From Thermoplasmata archaeon (GTDB lineage: Archaea > Thermoplasmatota > Thermoplasmata > GCA-020350865): a stretch of 25,089 bases of DNA. Positions within the stretch are counted from its first letter, which is position 1, and each line of letters opens with the position of its first letter. The notes beneath the pieces were generated by a model. The model was not told where the DNA came from. It saw nothing but the letters and a program-made list of their open reading frames with translations, and ran no database searches. The position numbers were made by a program, and so were the translations under genes. Where the stretch lies: the NCBI GenBank assembly GCA_020348445.1, contig CP070751.1, forward strand, positions 3,031,185-3,056,273, written 5' to 3'. This document shows, one piece after another, positions 1 to 10,370 of the stretch.

Positions 1-2
1 TC

Positions 3-3000
3 ATCGATAATTGTTATAGTAATGGTATTGTTGTGCTTATCCCAGGCCATAATGTAGGAGGACTGGTAGGCTGGAGTGACTGGTATGTCTATGACAGTTT
101 CTGGGATATCGAGGCCTCGGGCATCAGCCAAAGTGCTGGAGGCACTGGCAAAACAACAGCCCAGATGAGGACCGCCAGTACATTTACCGATGCGGGTTGG
201 GACTTTGAAAATATCTGGGGAATATATGAGGGCAGATCGTACCCCTGGTTCAGGTGGAATCAAGTTCCAAGATATATTCAAACCTTGGAAGACCTCCAGA
301 ACATACCAAAATACCCGTATGGAGAGTATTACCTGGCAAACGATATCGATTGTTCTGATACAATCAACTGGAATTCGGGTGAAGGCTTTGAACCACTTGG
401 CAGTGAAAGCGAGCCTTTTACAGGCAAATTTTACGGTAATGGCCATACAATCAGCAACCTGTATATCAATCGCTACTCAAGTAAAAATGTCGGACTTTTC
501 GGCTGTACAGGCGAAGACAGTCTCATATCCGGTGTTCATTTGGAGAACTGTGATGTTAGCGGTGCGGACCTCGGAAACGGTCTTGTAGGTCACTGGAGGA
601 TGGATGAGGCTGCCTGGGACGGGACACCAGATGAAGTTATGGATTCGTCAGGCAATAATAACCACGGGACTGCAGTGAACGGTACAAATACAACAGCCTC
701 GGGCAGGTATGAAAATGGAGGATTCTTTAATGGAATAGACGATTATATTGATTGTGGAGATGATCCCAGCCTTGGCCCGGTAACCGAAATCACGGTCAGC
801 GCATGGGTGAAATTCAACAATATCTCGGACTCGTTTCCCATGATAGTCGCGAGAGGCAATGCGATAGAAGGCTGGAATCTTTATTCCAATTCTGATCAAA
901 ACTATTATTTTTCTTTTATCATTCTAGAAGACGGAGGGATCTGGGGAGATGCCCTGGCTATTTCTTCAATTATACCTCAGGTGGATACCTGGTATCATGT
1001 TGTTGGGGTGTATAACGGCTCATATGTGAGGATCTATGTGAACGGCATGCTTGCAGGAGAAGATACTTCTGTTCTCGGATCTGGGATATACTACGGCGGA
1101 TTCACAACTACTTACATCGGAAGAAAAGGCGCTGGCAATTATTTTAACGGTACAATCGATGATGTTCGTATCTTTAACCGGGCACTTACCAGTGATGAGA
1201 TAATAGGTATGTACAACAGAAGAGTTTCAACTGGAGGGCTTGTCGGTTGCAATATGGGAACAATAGAAAAGAGCTACAGCACGGGTAGCGTATTTGGCAC
1301 AACAAATGTAGGAGGTCTTGCAGGCGCGAATCTGGGCACAATTACCGAATGTTATACTGAAGCTTCAGTTACTGCCGTTCACGATTCAATCGGAGGATTT
1401 GTAGGATACAATACAGGGGAAATCCATAACTGCTACAGTAAAGGCGATGTTTTGTCCACGGGCAATAAGGTAGGCGGTTTTGCAGGTGAAAATCTTGGCA
1501 TGATAAATGATTGTTACAGCACCGGCATGATAACCGGTACCTTTCAGGTCGGCGGGCTCATTGGCAATAATACTGGTATTGTCAACAGCAGCTTCTGGGA
1601 TAATGAGACCTCCATGCAGATTGTAAGTGATGGCGGAACAGGAAAAAACACGGTTGAGATGATGCTAGTGAGTACCTTTGCTAATGGTGGATGGAACTTA
1701 ACTGATATATGGCTCGTTCTTGAATCTCTGGATTATCCCTACTTAAGAGCTTTTAAGGGCGATGGTAGCCCAGGCAGGCCATTTCTAATAAAGGATGTGT
1801 TTGACCTGCAGGATATCAATTTAAATCTAAGTGCGTCTTATGCTCTGGATTGTGATATCGATGCCTCGATAACCACCACATGGAACAGCGGTTTGGGTTT
1901 TGAGCCCATTGGGACAAGCTCAATTCCATTTACAGGCATATTGTACGGCAGGGGCTATGTCATCCGCGATCTTCATATTAACCGTACATCAACCGATTAT
2001 GTGGGTCTTTTCGGTTTCCTTAATTCAGAAAGTCATATAACCAATGTGTCCATGGTTAATTGCACAGTTAACGGGATCAGTTCCGATAATGGATTGGTCG
2101 GATATTGGAAGTTAAATGAAGAATCTTGGAGTGGGTTGCCCGACGAAGTTATGGATGTCTCGGAAAACGAGTTTCACGGAACCAGCTACGGTGACTCTAA
2201 TACAGTCTCAGAAGGAAGGTTCGGACGCGCGGGCAGTTTTGATGGTGCTGGTGACTATGTAGATATTCCTTACAACAACTCTCTGAATCCGGATACCTTT
2301 ACAATTTCGCTCTGGGCAAAGGTCGAAGGTGGGGCTGGTACATGGCGAACTGCTCTGTGGTCCAGGGACAATTCCCCACGAAGTGGTTACAATATCTATG
2401 CCGGCTCAAATGATAACTGGCAATTCTGGGTTGGTAACGGCTCAAATTGGAAGTCTGTTCAAGGAGATGCGGTTGTTCTTGACAAGTGGATACATATGAC
2501 AGTAGTTTACACGGGCACCGAAATGCTGTTTTATAACGATGGTATTCTTGTTGGAGGGCCCTTGGCAACAGACTTCGCAAATAATATCGAAAAATCATTG
2601 CGCATTGGTTCTGGGATGGACGCTGTAACCGACGAACCGGTTTACAACTTCACCGGTAAAATCTCGGATGTGCGTATCTACAATCGCACGCTTTCTGCAG
2701 ATGAAATCCTCGATATCTACCACGGTCTTGCTCCCTCCACAGGAACTCTGGTTGGCTTCAACAACGGCGGCACCATCGAGTGCTGTTACACAGAAGGGAA
2801 TGTGCAGGGATCTTTACATGTGGGCGGTTTAGTAGGCTCAAACTGGGGTTACATCAATAACTCGTACTCTCTTTGTTCTGTAAATGGAACGAACTATGTT
2901 GGCGGCTTGGTTGGCTATAACAACGGCTCCATAAACACTACCTACAGTGCAGGCAGCGTGAGCGGCAACAATATCGTTGGAGGGCTTGTTGGTCATAACT

Positions 3001-5861
3001 TTGGAAATGTTGAAAACAGTTACTGGGATAATGAAACATCCAGCCAGAGTATTAGTGCAGGAGGTGCAGGTAAAAGTACAGCAGATATGATGATCAAGTA
3101 TACGTTCACAAATTCCGGCTGGAACTTCACAAATATCTGGACAATAAGAGAGAATTTTTCATATCCGTATTTCAAATACCATTCTTGGTTAGATCCACCC
3201 ATAATCATTACACCTAATATTGAAACAGCTTGGGAAGAAGTTCTCTATGAGGTTGTATATGGGGCAATCGATAACGACTACGACTCCATATCTTGGACCC
3301 TGACATCGAACGCCAGCTGGTTGGCGTTTAATTACACTACACATGCACTTTCAGGTACGCCAATTCAAGATGATATTGGGTCGTATTGGATCAACTTCGT
3401 AGTGCAGGATGATTACGGAAATGTCGATTCTACCAATTTTACAATAACGGTCTTTAATATTAATGACCGCCCAAATATTACCACGCCTAATATTGAAACC
3501 GCCACAGAAGATGTGCTTTTCAGTGTAGATTACGATGCTGTGGACATCGACCCCACCAATGATATACTTACATGGAGTTTATCTACGAATTCAACTACCG
3601 GCTGGTTGAGTATTGATTTATCAACAGGAGTTCTTTCTGGAACACCAAGCGATGAGGATGTCGGTGTCATATGGATTAATGTAACAGTGGATGATGGAAA
3701 TGGTGGGCTTGATTCCACCAACTTTTCCTTGGAAGTGTTCAACATCAACGATGATCCGGTAATTACACCAAGTGATATAGAAACCGCCACAGAAGATGTC
3801 CTTTACGAGGTGAACTACAATGTAACAGATGACGACCCGACAAATGACACGCTCACATGGTTGTTCGACTCAAACTCAACTTGGTTAAACTTCAACTATA
3901 CAACTGGAATTCTTAATGGAACTCCAACAAATGATGACGTGGGTTGGTATTGGGTGAATGTTTCTGTTGATGATGGTAAGGGCGGCTACGATTGGCATTA
4001 CTTCAATTTAACTGTAAACAATGTCAATGATCCCCCTACAATAATTACAGGAAATGTGATAACCGCAACCGAGGAGGTATTCTACAGCGTGGATTATGAG
4101 GCCACAGATATCGATCCCACAAACGATACACTCACCTGGACCTTTGCCTCAAACGGAACGTGGTTGAACTTCAATAATACCGCAGGTCTGCTTGAGGGCA
4201 CACCGAATAATGATGATATCGGTTGGTTCTGGGTGAATGTGACAGTTGATGACAGCAATGGAGGCAAGCTCTCGCAGAACTTCACCATCACCGTTAGTAA
4301 TGTCAATGACTGGCCAGTGATCACCACAACCGATGTGGATACTGCCCTTGAAGACGAACTGTACAATGTTAACTACGATGCTGAAGACATCGATCCAATA
4401 CCCGATACACTTAGCTGGTCCTTGAATACCGATGCCGGCTGGTTGGACTTCGACACCTCATCAGGTTTATTAGCAGGAACACCAACTAATGATGACATCG
4501 GAGAATATTGGGTGAATATTACGGTGGATGATGGTAACAGTGGTTTAGACTGGCATAATTTTACACTTACAGTTTTAAACACAAACGACGCGCCAAAGAT
4601 CCTAACAGATGATATAAAAGTCGCAACAGCCGGTAAATTATATTCTGTTGATTATGACGCCGAGGACATAGATCCAATAGGGGATATTCTAACCTGGTCC
4701 TTGAAAACCAATACCTCTTCTTGGCTTGATATCGATTCGAGTACTGGTATATTGGAAGGCACACCCTCCCTTAGCGATATCGGCTCATTCTGGGTTAATG
4801 TCTCAGTTGTGGATGGTAAGGGCGGATTGGACTACCATTACTTTGCTCTTACTGTTTACAGCACAGCAAATCAACCGCCTGAGATTACTACTGAAGATGT
4901 ATCCATCGCGGTTGTTGGAAGTTTATATTCTGTGACCTACGAGGCAATAGATGACCGTACTGATGCGGCTGAATTGGGATGGACATGGGCAAGCAATGCA
5001 AATTGGCTTGAGTTTAGTACCACAACGAACGAATTGTCTGGTGTACCGACAGAAGCTGATGTCGCTAGTTATTGGGTGAATATTTCGGTGATCGATGATG
5101 AAGGTGGACTTAGCTTCCATAACTTCACCTTAGATGTAAGACTCATAAATGCTATACCAGTTCTAACCAACAGCCAAATTACACCGAGCTCAGGTGACAC
5201 AAAAACAGAATTTACATTCTCGGTCACCTACACAGATGCGGATAATGATCCGGGTGACGTGTGGGTATGGATCGATGGAATCCAGCATGAAATGATCCCA
5301 GATCCGGATGATAACGATTTCACTGATGGGGTCCAATACACCTATAAAACCAAACTGGGCAAAGGCGAGCATAACTATTATTTTACTGCTGGAGACGGCA
5401 TGGATGATGCTGAATCAGGTGATACCACTCCAGTTGATTCCGAAAATGCCATAGTTATTCCAAAGATAACAGAGAAGGAGGAAGCTGGTATGGAAGGTAT
5501 TATGTTATTGATTGCAATAATTATCGTAGTAATTGTTATGCTTGTTATTTTATTTCTTTTAATGGGCAGACGCAAGCCTTCGGAAGAGGAGCCCATTGTG
5601 GGAGTGGAAGAGAAAGAGGAAATGGTCGAGGCTGAAGAAGCAGGGGGAGAAATAGGTGAAGAGGAGGTAGAGGAGGAACTTGAAGGGACACCTGAGGGGG
5701 AATATGATGAGGAAATAAGTGAAGGGGATATGGAGGAGGAACTTGAAGAAGGTGCATATGAAGATGATTATGAGGAAGAAACAGAAATCGAAAAGGATGA
5801 AACAGAAGAAGAGTTTGGTGAGGAAGAGGTGCTGGAAGAGGAGCCTGAAGAGGAGTTGTAA
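3..5861 (+). CDS. Giant membrane-anchored surface/adhesin-like protein (GLUG repeats, 2x LamG/ConA-like, 7 cadherin/Ig-like repeats, C-terminal TM helix, Glu-rich tail); 5'-truncated by the window edge
   Basis: The frame is open from base 3 (IDNCYSNGIVV...), so the GTG at 33 is not the true start. It shows repeated VGGLVG GLUG motifs and two LamG blocks (GLVGHW...W.H.V.VY.G...Y.NG...IG...F.G.IDDVRIFNRAL, ~579-1218 and ~2088-2726). Seven ~98-aa repeats (P.I.T...TATE..LY.V.Y.A.D.D...L.W...WL....G.L.GTP...D.G.YWVNV.V.D) lie at ~3193-5148, followed by the hydrophobic IMLLIAIIIVVIVMLVILFLLM and an acidic tail. Confidence 0.93.
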   Translation: MDNCYSNGIVVLIPGHNVGGLVGWSDWYVYDSFWDIEASGISQSAGGTGKTTAQMRTASTFTDAGWDFENIWGIYEGRSYPWFRWNQVPRYIQTLEDLQNIPKYPYGEYYLANDIDCSDTINWNSGEGFEPLGSESEPFTGKFYGNGHTISNLYINRYSSKNVGLFGCTGEDSLISGVHLENCDVSGADLGNGLVGHWRMDEAAWDGTPDEVMDSSGNNNHGTAVNGTNTTASGRYENGGFFNGIDDYIDCGDDPSLGPVTEITVSAWVKFNNISDSFPMIVARGNAIEGWNLYSNSDQNYYFSFIILEDGGIWGDALAISSIIPQVDTWYHVVGVYNGSYVRIYVNGMLAGEDTSVLGSGIYYGGFTTTYIGRKGAGNYFNGTIDDVRIFNRALTSDEIIGMYNRRVSTGGLVGCNMGTIEKSYSTGSVFGTTNVGGLAGANLGTITECYTEASVTAVHDSIGGFVGYNTGEIHNCYSKGDVLSTGNKVGGFAGENLGMINDCYSTGMITGTFQVGGLIGNNTGIVNSSFWDNETSMQIVSDGGTGKNTVEMMLVSTFANGGWNLTDIWLVLESLDYPYLRAFKGDGSPGRPFLIKDVFDLQDINLNLSASYALDCDIDASITTTWNSGLGFEPIGTSSIPFTGILYGRGYVIRDLHINRTSTDYVGLFGFLNSESHITNVSMVNCTVNGISSDNGLVGYWKLNEESWSGLPDEVMDVSENEFHGTSYGDSNTVSEGRFGRAGSFDGAGDYVDIPYNNSLNPDTFTISLWAKVEGGAGTWRTALWSRDNSPRSGYNIYAGSNDNWQFWVGNGSNWKSVQGDAVVLDKWIHMTVVYTGTEMLFYNDGILVGGPLATDFANNIEKSLRIGSGMDAVTDEPVYNFTGKISDVRIYNRTLSADEILDIYHGLAPSTGTLVGFNNGGTIECCYTEGNVQGSLHVGGLVGSNWGYINNSYSLCSVNGTNYVGGLVGYNNGSINTTYSAGSVSGNNIVGGLVGHNFGNVENSYWDNETSSQSISAGGAGKSTADMMIKYTFTNSGWNFTNIWTIRENFSYPYFKYHSWLDPPIIITPNIETAWEEVLYEVVYGAIDNDYDSISWTLTSNASWLAFNYTTHALSGTPIQDDIGSYWINFVVQDDYGNVDSTNFTITVFNINDRPNITTPNIETATEDVLFSVDYDAVDIDPTNDILTWSLSTNSTTGWLSIDLSTGVLSGTPSDEDVGVIWINVTVDDGNGGLDSTNFSLEVFNINDDPVITPSDIETATEDVLYEVNYNVTDDDPTNDTLTWLFDSNSTWLNFNYTTGILNGTPTNDDVGWYWVNVSVDDGKGGYDWHYFNLTVNNVNDPPTIITGNVITATEEVFYSVDYEATDIDPTNDTLTWTFASNGTWLNFNNTAGLLEGTPNNDDIGWFWVNVTVDDSNGGKLSQNFTITVSNVNDWPVITTTDVDTALEDELYNVNYDAEDIDPIPDTLSWSLNTDAGWLDFDTSSGLLAGTPTNDDIGEYWVNITVDDGNSGLDWHNFTLTVLNTNDAPKILTDDIKVATAGKLYSVDYDAEDIDPIGDILTWSLKTNTSSWLDIDSSTGILEGTPSLSDIGSFWVNVSVVDGKGGLDYHYFALTVYSTANQPPEITTEDVSIAVVGSLYSVTYEAIDDRTDAAELGWTWASNANWLEFSTTTNELSGVPTEADVASYWVNISVIDDEGGLSFHNFTLDVRLINAIPVLTNSQITPSSGDTKTEFTFSVTYTDADNDPGDVWVWIDGIQHEMIPDPDDNDFTDGVQYTYKTKLGKGEHNYYFTAGDGMDDAESGDTTPVDSENAIVIPKITEKEEAGMEGIMLLIAIIIVVIVMLVILFLLMGRRKPSEEEPIVGVEEKEEMVEAEEAGGEIGEEEVEEELEGTPEGEYDEEISEGDMEEELEEGAYEDDYEEETEIEKDETEEEFGEEEVLEEEPEEEL

Positions 5862-5911
5862 AAGGAAGAAGACAAGTTTTGAGTTTTAACAGTGTTGTAA
5901 AAAGTGTCGGA

Positions 5912-6006
5912 TTTATGTGCAATTGAGATAATTTTCGTATAGGTCAATTGCCCGAAACATGTAAATTAACTACGATGATAATACCCAGAATTCGTTAATT
6001 TCCATA
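5912..6006. repeat. Double-hairpin insert, copy 1 (95 nt)
   Basis: gtgcaattg-N19-caattgccc followed by catgtaaattaac-TA-N19-TC-gttaatttccat. Same length as, and collinear with, 13250-13344. Confidence 0.85.
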
Positions 6007-6026
6007 TGAAGGATATAAGCCCCCTT
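6007..6026 (-). repeat. Copy of the rnpB 3' end (putative att core), 19/20 identical
   Basis: tgaaggatataagccccctt versus tgaaggacataagccccctt at 15394-15413. The distal rnpB tail (aagtgtcgga, cf. aagtgtcggg) resumes at ~5902-5911 beyond the 95-nt insert. Confidence 0.9.
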
Positions 6027-6075
6027 ATTTAATCAAGAAGGGACAAAAGATGTGGGAAATTTTCCTTCATTTTTT
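6027..6075. repeat. Conserved junction arm, homologous to 13365-13413
   Basis: atttaatcaagaagggacaaaagatgtgggaaattttccttcattttt versus atttcatcaagaagtggcaaaatatcggcgaaattttccttcattttt. A degenerate version (aaaatttgggtataaattttcc) follows the 12780 core. Confidence 0.8.
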
Positions 6076-6280
6076 CTTATTTTTGTACCTGGCTATGATT
6101 CTTGTAGATTATTTCATATCATTTTACAGATTCAGTGAAAATATAAATACTTCTTATGTACGGCAAATTAGCTGTCTCGGGCTCTTTTTCTTTCTTTTAT
6201 TTTTTGAATTTCTGGAAGATTCTTGTGGATTGTGTTGATATTTAGGTAGATAATAAAAGGGTCATTTTTTATTCTATTCT

Positions 6281-7621
6281 TCAAGGTATATATTCACAAC
6301 CACCAAATGAATTGATCTTCTCTTCTAACCGGGTCCAAAGATCCATTGCCTCCAAATCAGAAACAGTATACCATCTCTCGAATGTTTTGGCTACATCACT
6401 TTCTTCATGATTCCTACCGGCTGTCATGTCGGAACAATGCTTAGCCAATAGATAATCTGGTAACCATTCAAGGGCAAGTTCATAGACTCTTCTACCGACA
6501 TTTTTGGTTCTTTCATCATAAGGTACGGCGTCAGAAAACCAGGAATTGTATTTTGTTTGGTTAATTAACAACTCTTTTCCGGAATATTGGGGGGTACAAT
6601 GGACAAATGCATTATATGGATCATCCCCATGGCTTAGATACCTTTTAACAGAAACAAAATATGGTAAAGCATGCCCCACACCATTTGGGCGGTGATAAAC
6701 AACCGGGATATTAACAGCCCTTAAAATTGAAATCAAAAAGCCATTTGTTCCGTGACATCCAGCTGTTCTGTGTTGAATACCCCATTGTGGATATCCTCTG
6801 TACAGTGTTCCTTCTACGATCCGAGATATTGGTGGAAATCCTCGATACTGCCATTGATCCTCTACATTTTTAATGGTAAAACCATATAAAAAATGTACCA
6901 GATTTTCCCTGCACCAATCTAATAGATATCCAATTGTGCTTATATGATACTCTGCTAATATACCATTGTCAAGGATGAACGAAATAGTATATTCTGGTGG
7001 TGCAGGTATTGCCCTACCTGCTACATTAGATTCAATTAAATAACCACGAAGTCCAGTTTTGACTAAAGATCCGTCTTGGTAAAATGTATAATTATCATAT
7101 CGTTTAAAGAAATATCTACTATCAAAAAGACGACGAAGTAAAGTGTCGGGATATCTATTTATGGACCATTTCGGAGTGATATTTAATTTGGGTCGGATCA
7201 ATTCAAAAGCTAGGCAATGCCCTACATATGCAATGTAAAGTGACCAAGCATCATTAATGGATAACATGGTAAAAGGATAAGTGTCGTCATCTAAATATTC
7301 CGCAAGTATATTCACTGGAGGATCATGTAATTCTCGACCATTTGTTATCCAACCCCTTTGTATCAGTTCATATTTCATCCGCATTCGTAGACTATCGTAA
7401 CGTAGTGAATACAAAATCATGTCCGCAAGACCTTTAAAAAAATATTTTCTCAGATCTTTCTTCTGATATAGGCGCCATCTCATAAATGGAACTGATCTTC
7501 CCTTATAGTGCTGCCACCGTATGGATTTTGAGATTTTCGAAACATCTAACCATTTTTCCAAGTTCTCTATCTCTCTGTCGACCTTTTTTACAAATTCCAA
7601 CCAATATTCATATCTCGACAT
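6281..7621 (-). CDS. Hypothetical protein with a transglutaminase-like (Cys-His-Asp) motif
   Basis: 446-aa ORF with a GGAGGT RBS before the ATG. AGCHGTNGFLISILRAVNIPV...GHALPYF...HGDDPY fits the G-x-C...LRAxGIP...H...D transglutaminase-like pattern. Confidence 0.75.
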   Translation of the reverse strand: MSRYEYWLEFVKKVDREIENLEKWLDVSKISKSIRWQHYKGRSVPFMRWRLYQKKDLRKYFFKGLADMILYSLRYDSLRMRMKYELIQRGWITNGRELHDPPVNILAEYLDDDTYPFTMLSINDAWSLYIAYVGHCLAFELIRPKLNITPKWSINRYPDTLLRRLFDSRYFFKRYDNYTFYQDGSLVKTGLRGYLIESNVAGRAIPAPPEYTISFILDNGILAEYHISTIGYLLDWCRENLVHFLYGFTIKNVEDQWQYRGFPPISRIVEGTLYRGYPQWGIQHRTAGCHGTNGFLISILRAVNIPVVYHRPNGVGHALPYFVSVKRYLSHGDDPYNAFVHCTPQYSGKELLINQTKYNSWFSDAVPYDERTKNVGRRVYELALEWLPDYLLAKHCSDMTAGRNHEESDVAKTFERWYTVSDLEAMDLWTRLEEKINSFGGCEYIP

Positions 7622-8225
7622 ATCAATACCTCCTCACATTTTTCATTTCAATTGGGCCAATCTCTATTTACCCTTCTCATATTCCTCGAGATCATAGCGG
7701 AATCTAAAATCGTAACTGATTCTGAGTATATAAATTTGTTCCCGTTCTTTTATTTCATTAAATAAATAATGTGTTTGTTACCAGATAGAGCGAGCCAGTA
7801 AATGAGTTTCTGCATAGTAAATCATGTCTCAGTTTATTTTTTCTCTGCTTCCAGTGCAATTGCATCATGTAGTTTTTCTACTTGATTCATTAGGGGTAAA
7901 AGAAGCCAATAAGTCCATCCGACTAAACAATATATGAACATTGTAACACGGTAAATTGATGCCAATCTTAAGATTAGTTCAAATTCCCTTCTAAAAAAAG
8001 AAAATATAATTGCCAAAATAGAAAAAGCTACAGCAGATGGAATACTTGTTTATAAAAACTCTGATTTTATTAAAAAAAAAATAGAAAAAGTATTTGGTTT
8101 AGAAGAAGAATCCAAAAGAAATAAAAGTAAAAGATTTAAATAATTATTTCGAATAAACAGATTTTGGCCATTTTCGAACTTGTGTAGACCATAGATATAC
8201 CATTTATTTTTTTCTAATAGAAAAA

Positions 8226-8304
8226 CGCCCCCAATCCCAAAAACAAAACTTATCGGGTCAGATAGCTGCGATTATGCGAGGAAGGGTGGGTGGGGTTGGG
8301 GGTG
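8226..8304. repeat. Structured ~80-nt junction repeat (element B), copy 1
   Basis: Closing stem cgcccccaatccca / tggggttgggggtg around the conserved core ttatcgggtcagatagctgcgattatgcgaggaaggg. Confidence 0.9.
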
Positions 8305-8341
8305 ATAATTCTAATAGTTTTAATCCTAACTTATTCTCACT

Positions 8342-8353
8342 GTGAAGGGCATA
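8342..8353 (-). repeat. Partial/degenerate copy of the rnpB 3' end
   Basis: gtgaagggcata versus gtgaaggacata (11/12), in a similar position relative to element B as the full copies. Confidence 0.55.
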
Positions 8354-8360
8354 TCTTGAT

Positions 8361-8714
8361 TTAGAAGAATTCCGGAGGGGCAGAGATAGTTATCTGTTCA
8401 ATCGCCTCGGCAATCTCCATGGGAGGCTTAGGCTCTCCCACCATTTTAAAGGGTGGCGTGCCTTTGACCGGTTTTGTAGGTTTCAGCGATACTGCAAACA
8501 ACGACTCAAAAAGATCACGAGGGGCCTTGCATGCCAGACCGAATTCAGTGGCATGCGCTTCGACCCCACGTGAAACAAGATAACGTCTGCACCTTTCGAT
8601 CTCCTCGTGAGGAGGGCGGAACTGATCGATCGTAGATACGCTCGGTTGTTGACCTGATGCGGGTGAACGCAACAGTATATCAAAGGCGACTTCGTCTTCT
8701 GAACGTTTCGACAT
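8361..8714 (-). CDS. Stand-alone protease propeptide-like protein (putative inhibitor/chaperone)
   Basis: 117 aa with a GGTGA RBS. By eye it aligns with the N-terminal prodomain of the upstream S8 protease (FESLFAVSL ~ FEKLFKTRI; IEQITISAPPEFF ~ IEKAYIQHPPIFF). Confidence 0.7.
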   Translation of the reverse strand: MSKRSEDEVAFDILLRSPASGQQPSVSTIDQFRPPHEEIERCRRYLVSRGVEAHATEFGLACKAPRDLFESLFAVSLKPTKPVKGTPPFKMVGEPKPPMEIAEAIEQITISAPPEFF

Positions 8715-8787
8715 TTGAATTCACCCAATGGGTCTCATGCGGAAAGCATGGTGCATTACGAACTTATATCAATAACTCTCTTTCACT

Positions 8788-10227
8788 TCATAGAACCGCT
8801 TCGAGAGCCCTTTCTGCATCCACAAGACCGAAGCCTGTTGCCTCGTCCGGTCCGGGTTTGGCGACCTTTCCATGAGCGTTTCTTCCCCTTATGATATCGC
8901 GGGCTGTGAACTTGAGGATATTCTTGATATCGGCGGGGGTACTACTAGGATCAGCCTCTTTTATTAGCGCGCACACTCCCGCTACCATTGGCGCTGCAGC
9001 TGACGTCCCACTGAAGGCCCCCCATCCATTCGACTTCTCTAGCATCGCTTTCGACTGCACGGGCAGGACTATGTAATCGGCCCTGGGTGGAATCCCGCAT
9101 AGACCGGACACATCCGGTACCTGACGGCCAGGGAACCAGGTGGATTTAAAACCGCTGGTATACTTTGTGGCCGAGTAGTTCAGTTTCTCATCGACATAGA
9201 CACCACCGACACTGATCACTTCGGGCATGCTTGCAGGGAAAGCGTAGTGTCCGTTACCTGCTGCGAAGACAACAGTGATGCCGCGGGCTACCGCACTCAG
9301 AATAGTCAGGTAGAGCGGTTTAAGCCAGTTCGGCATCTGGGTTCCTGGATAGTCAAGGGAGTAACCCCAGCTGTTTGTGATTATATTGGGACCCAGTTCG
9401 ACAGCGGTCTTGAAAGCCAATGTGGGATTCCCCATCTTGACGCCTATGAAGTTAATGCCTGGGGCGGTGGCAAACAGGTTCGCACATTCCCCCGTTCCAT
9501 GGCCGTGGGTGTCACGGGTATGGTTGGTCTTGTCCGGAGCCGTGACGGCCAAGAAGTTATACCCATGGTCGGTGAAGTATGGATGCTGATAGAAACCTGT
9601 GTCCGGCATGGCTACCTTCACATTTAGACCAGTGATACCGGAGCGATGGACTGATGAAGCGCGCATGATCTGTGCCACATCGACGGGAACGCGGAGCCTG
9701 AACTTATCTGTCCACTGAGGGGGTATCGACCGTTCCGCTGCGAAAAAGATGGGCGGATGCTGGATGTAGGCTTTCTCAATAATTTCATCTAAACCATATT
9801 TGGTTGGGAGCTTCCAGGGGGCTCCTTTTTTTGGAGCATACATCACATATTCCTTTGGCACTTTGTATTTTGCAGGAAGTTTTATCCTTGATATTCTGGT
9901 TTTAAATAATTTCTCAAACTGTTTCGCAGTACAGCTCGCAGATATGCTGAAGTCTCCTACATGGTGCACCGTGATATTGTGTTTCTGCAACTTCCAGGCT
10001 ACCTCGATGTTCCTGTCCGTTGGTGTTCGGTACATATCTAAATTACCAAGACTTGGGAAGGCTTCTTTTTCGAACATTGACCTCCCGCTATCTACGTTTT
10101 TCACTACTATCTCGAAATTCACTTCCATTCTTTCTTTCAATTTTTCTTCCTCCTTCCTTTTATTTTGAGGGATCTGAGTTATAGCAGTATCCGAAAAAAG
10201 AGAATGAGGTACTCTGCCTCGATTCAT
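8788..10227 (-). CDS. Subtilisin-like S8 family serine peptidase, no signal peptide
   Basis: Catalytic motifs VAMPDTG (Asp), HGHGT (His), FAAGNG (oxyanion Asn) and GTSAAAPMVAG (Ser). The start could be the later ATG (MEVNF). Confidence 0.92.
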   Translation of the reverse strand: MNRGRVPHSLFSDTAITQIPQNKRKEEEKLKERMEVNFEIVVKNVDSGRSMFEKEAFPSLGNLDMYRTPTDRNIEVAWKLQKHNITVHHVGDFSISASCTAKQFEKLFKTRISRIKLPAKYKVPKEYVMYAPKKGAPWKLPTKYGLDEIIEKAYIQHPPIFFAAERSIPPQWTDKFRLRVPVDVAQIMRASSVHRSGITGLNVKVAMPDTGFYQHPYFTDHGYNFLAVTAPDKTNHTRDTHGHGTGECANLFATAPGINFIGVKMGNPTLAFKTAVELGPNIITNSWGYSLDYPGTQMPNWLKPLYLTILSAVARGITVVFAAGNGHYAFPASMPEVISVGGVYVDEKLNYSATKYTSGFKSTWFPGRQVPDVSGLCGIPPRADYIVLPVQSKAMLEKSNGWGAFSGTSAAAPMVAGVCALIKEADPSSTPADIKNILKFTARDIIRGRNAHGKVAKPGPDEATGFGLVDAERALEAVL

Positions 10228-10370
10228 TATCTTCTTTGAATTATAAACTTCACTCCCCTAATTCGCATATTTAACACAGCTCAACCTCATTACCTTAATT
10301 GCTTTGTTCCTATAAATTTTTTACTATTTGCTTAATTTGAGTTCTGTCCCCTGTCTAAAAAATGGTTTGG

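Noticed and set aside
33-35. GTG start of the giant ORF
   Set aside because: The frame is open to the window edge and mid-GLUG repeat, so the gene starts upstream.
190-5922. Short alternative-frame and antisense ORFs inside the large genes (also within aglB, S8, MBL and GLUG genes)
   Set aside because: These are shadow ORFs of long, well-supported coding sequences.
6168-6284. 38-aa TTG-started ORF overlapping the stop of the 446-aa gene
   Set aside because: No RBS or motif, and compatible with chance in AT-rich DNA.
7834-8220. Possible decayed gene (long frames on both strands, each broken by one stop)
   Set aside because: The sequence is very AT-rich, the strand is ambiguous, and there is no RBS or recognisable family, so a pseudogene call cannot be supported.
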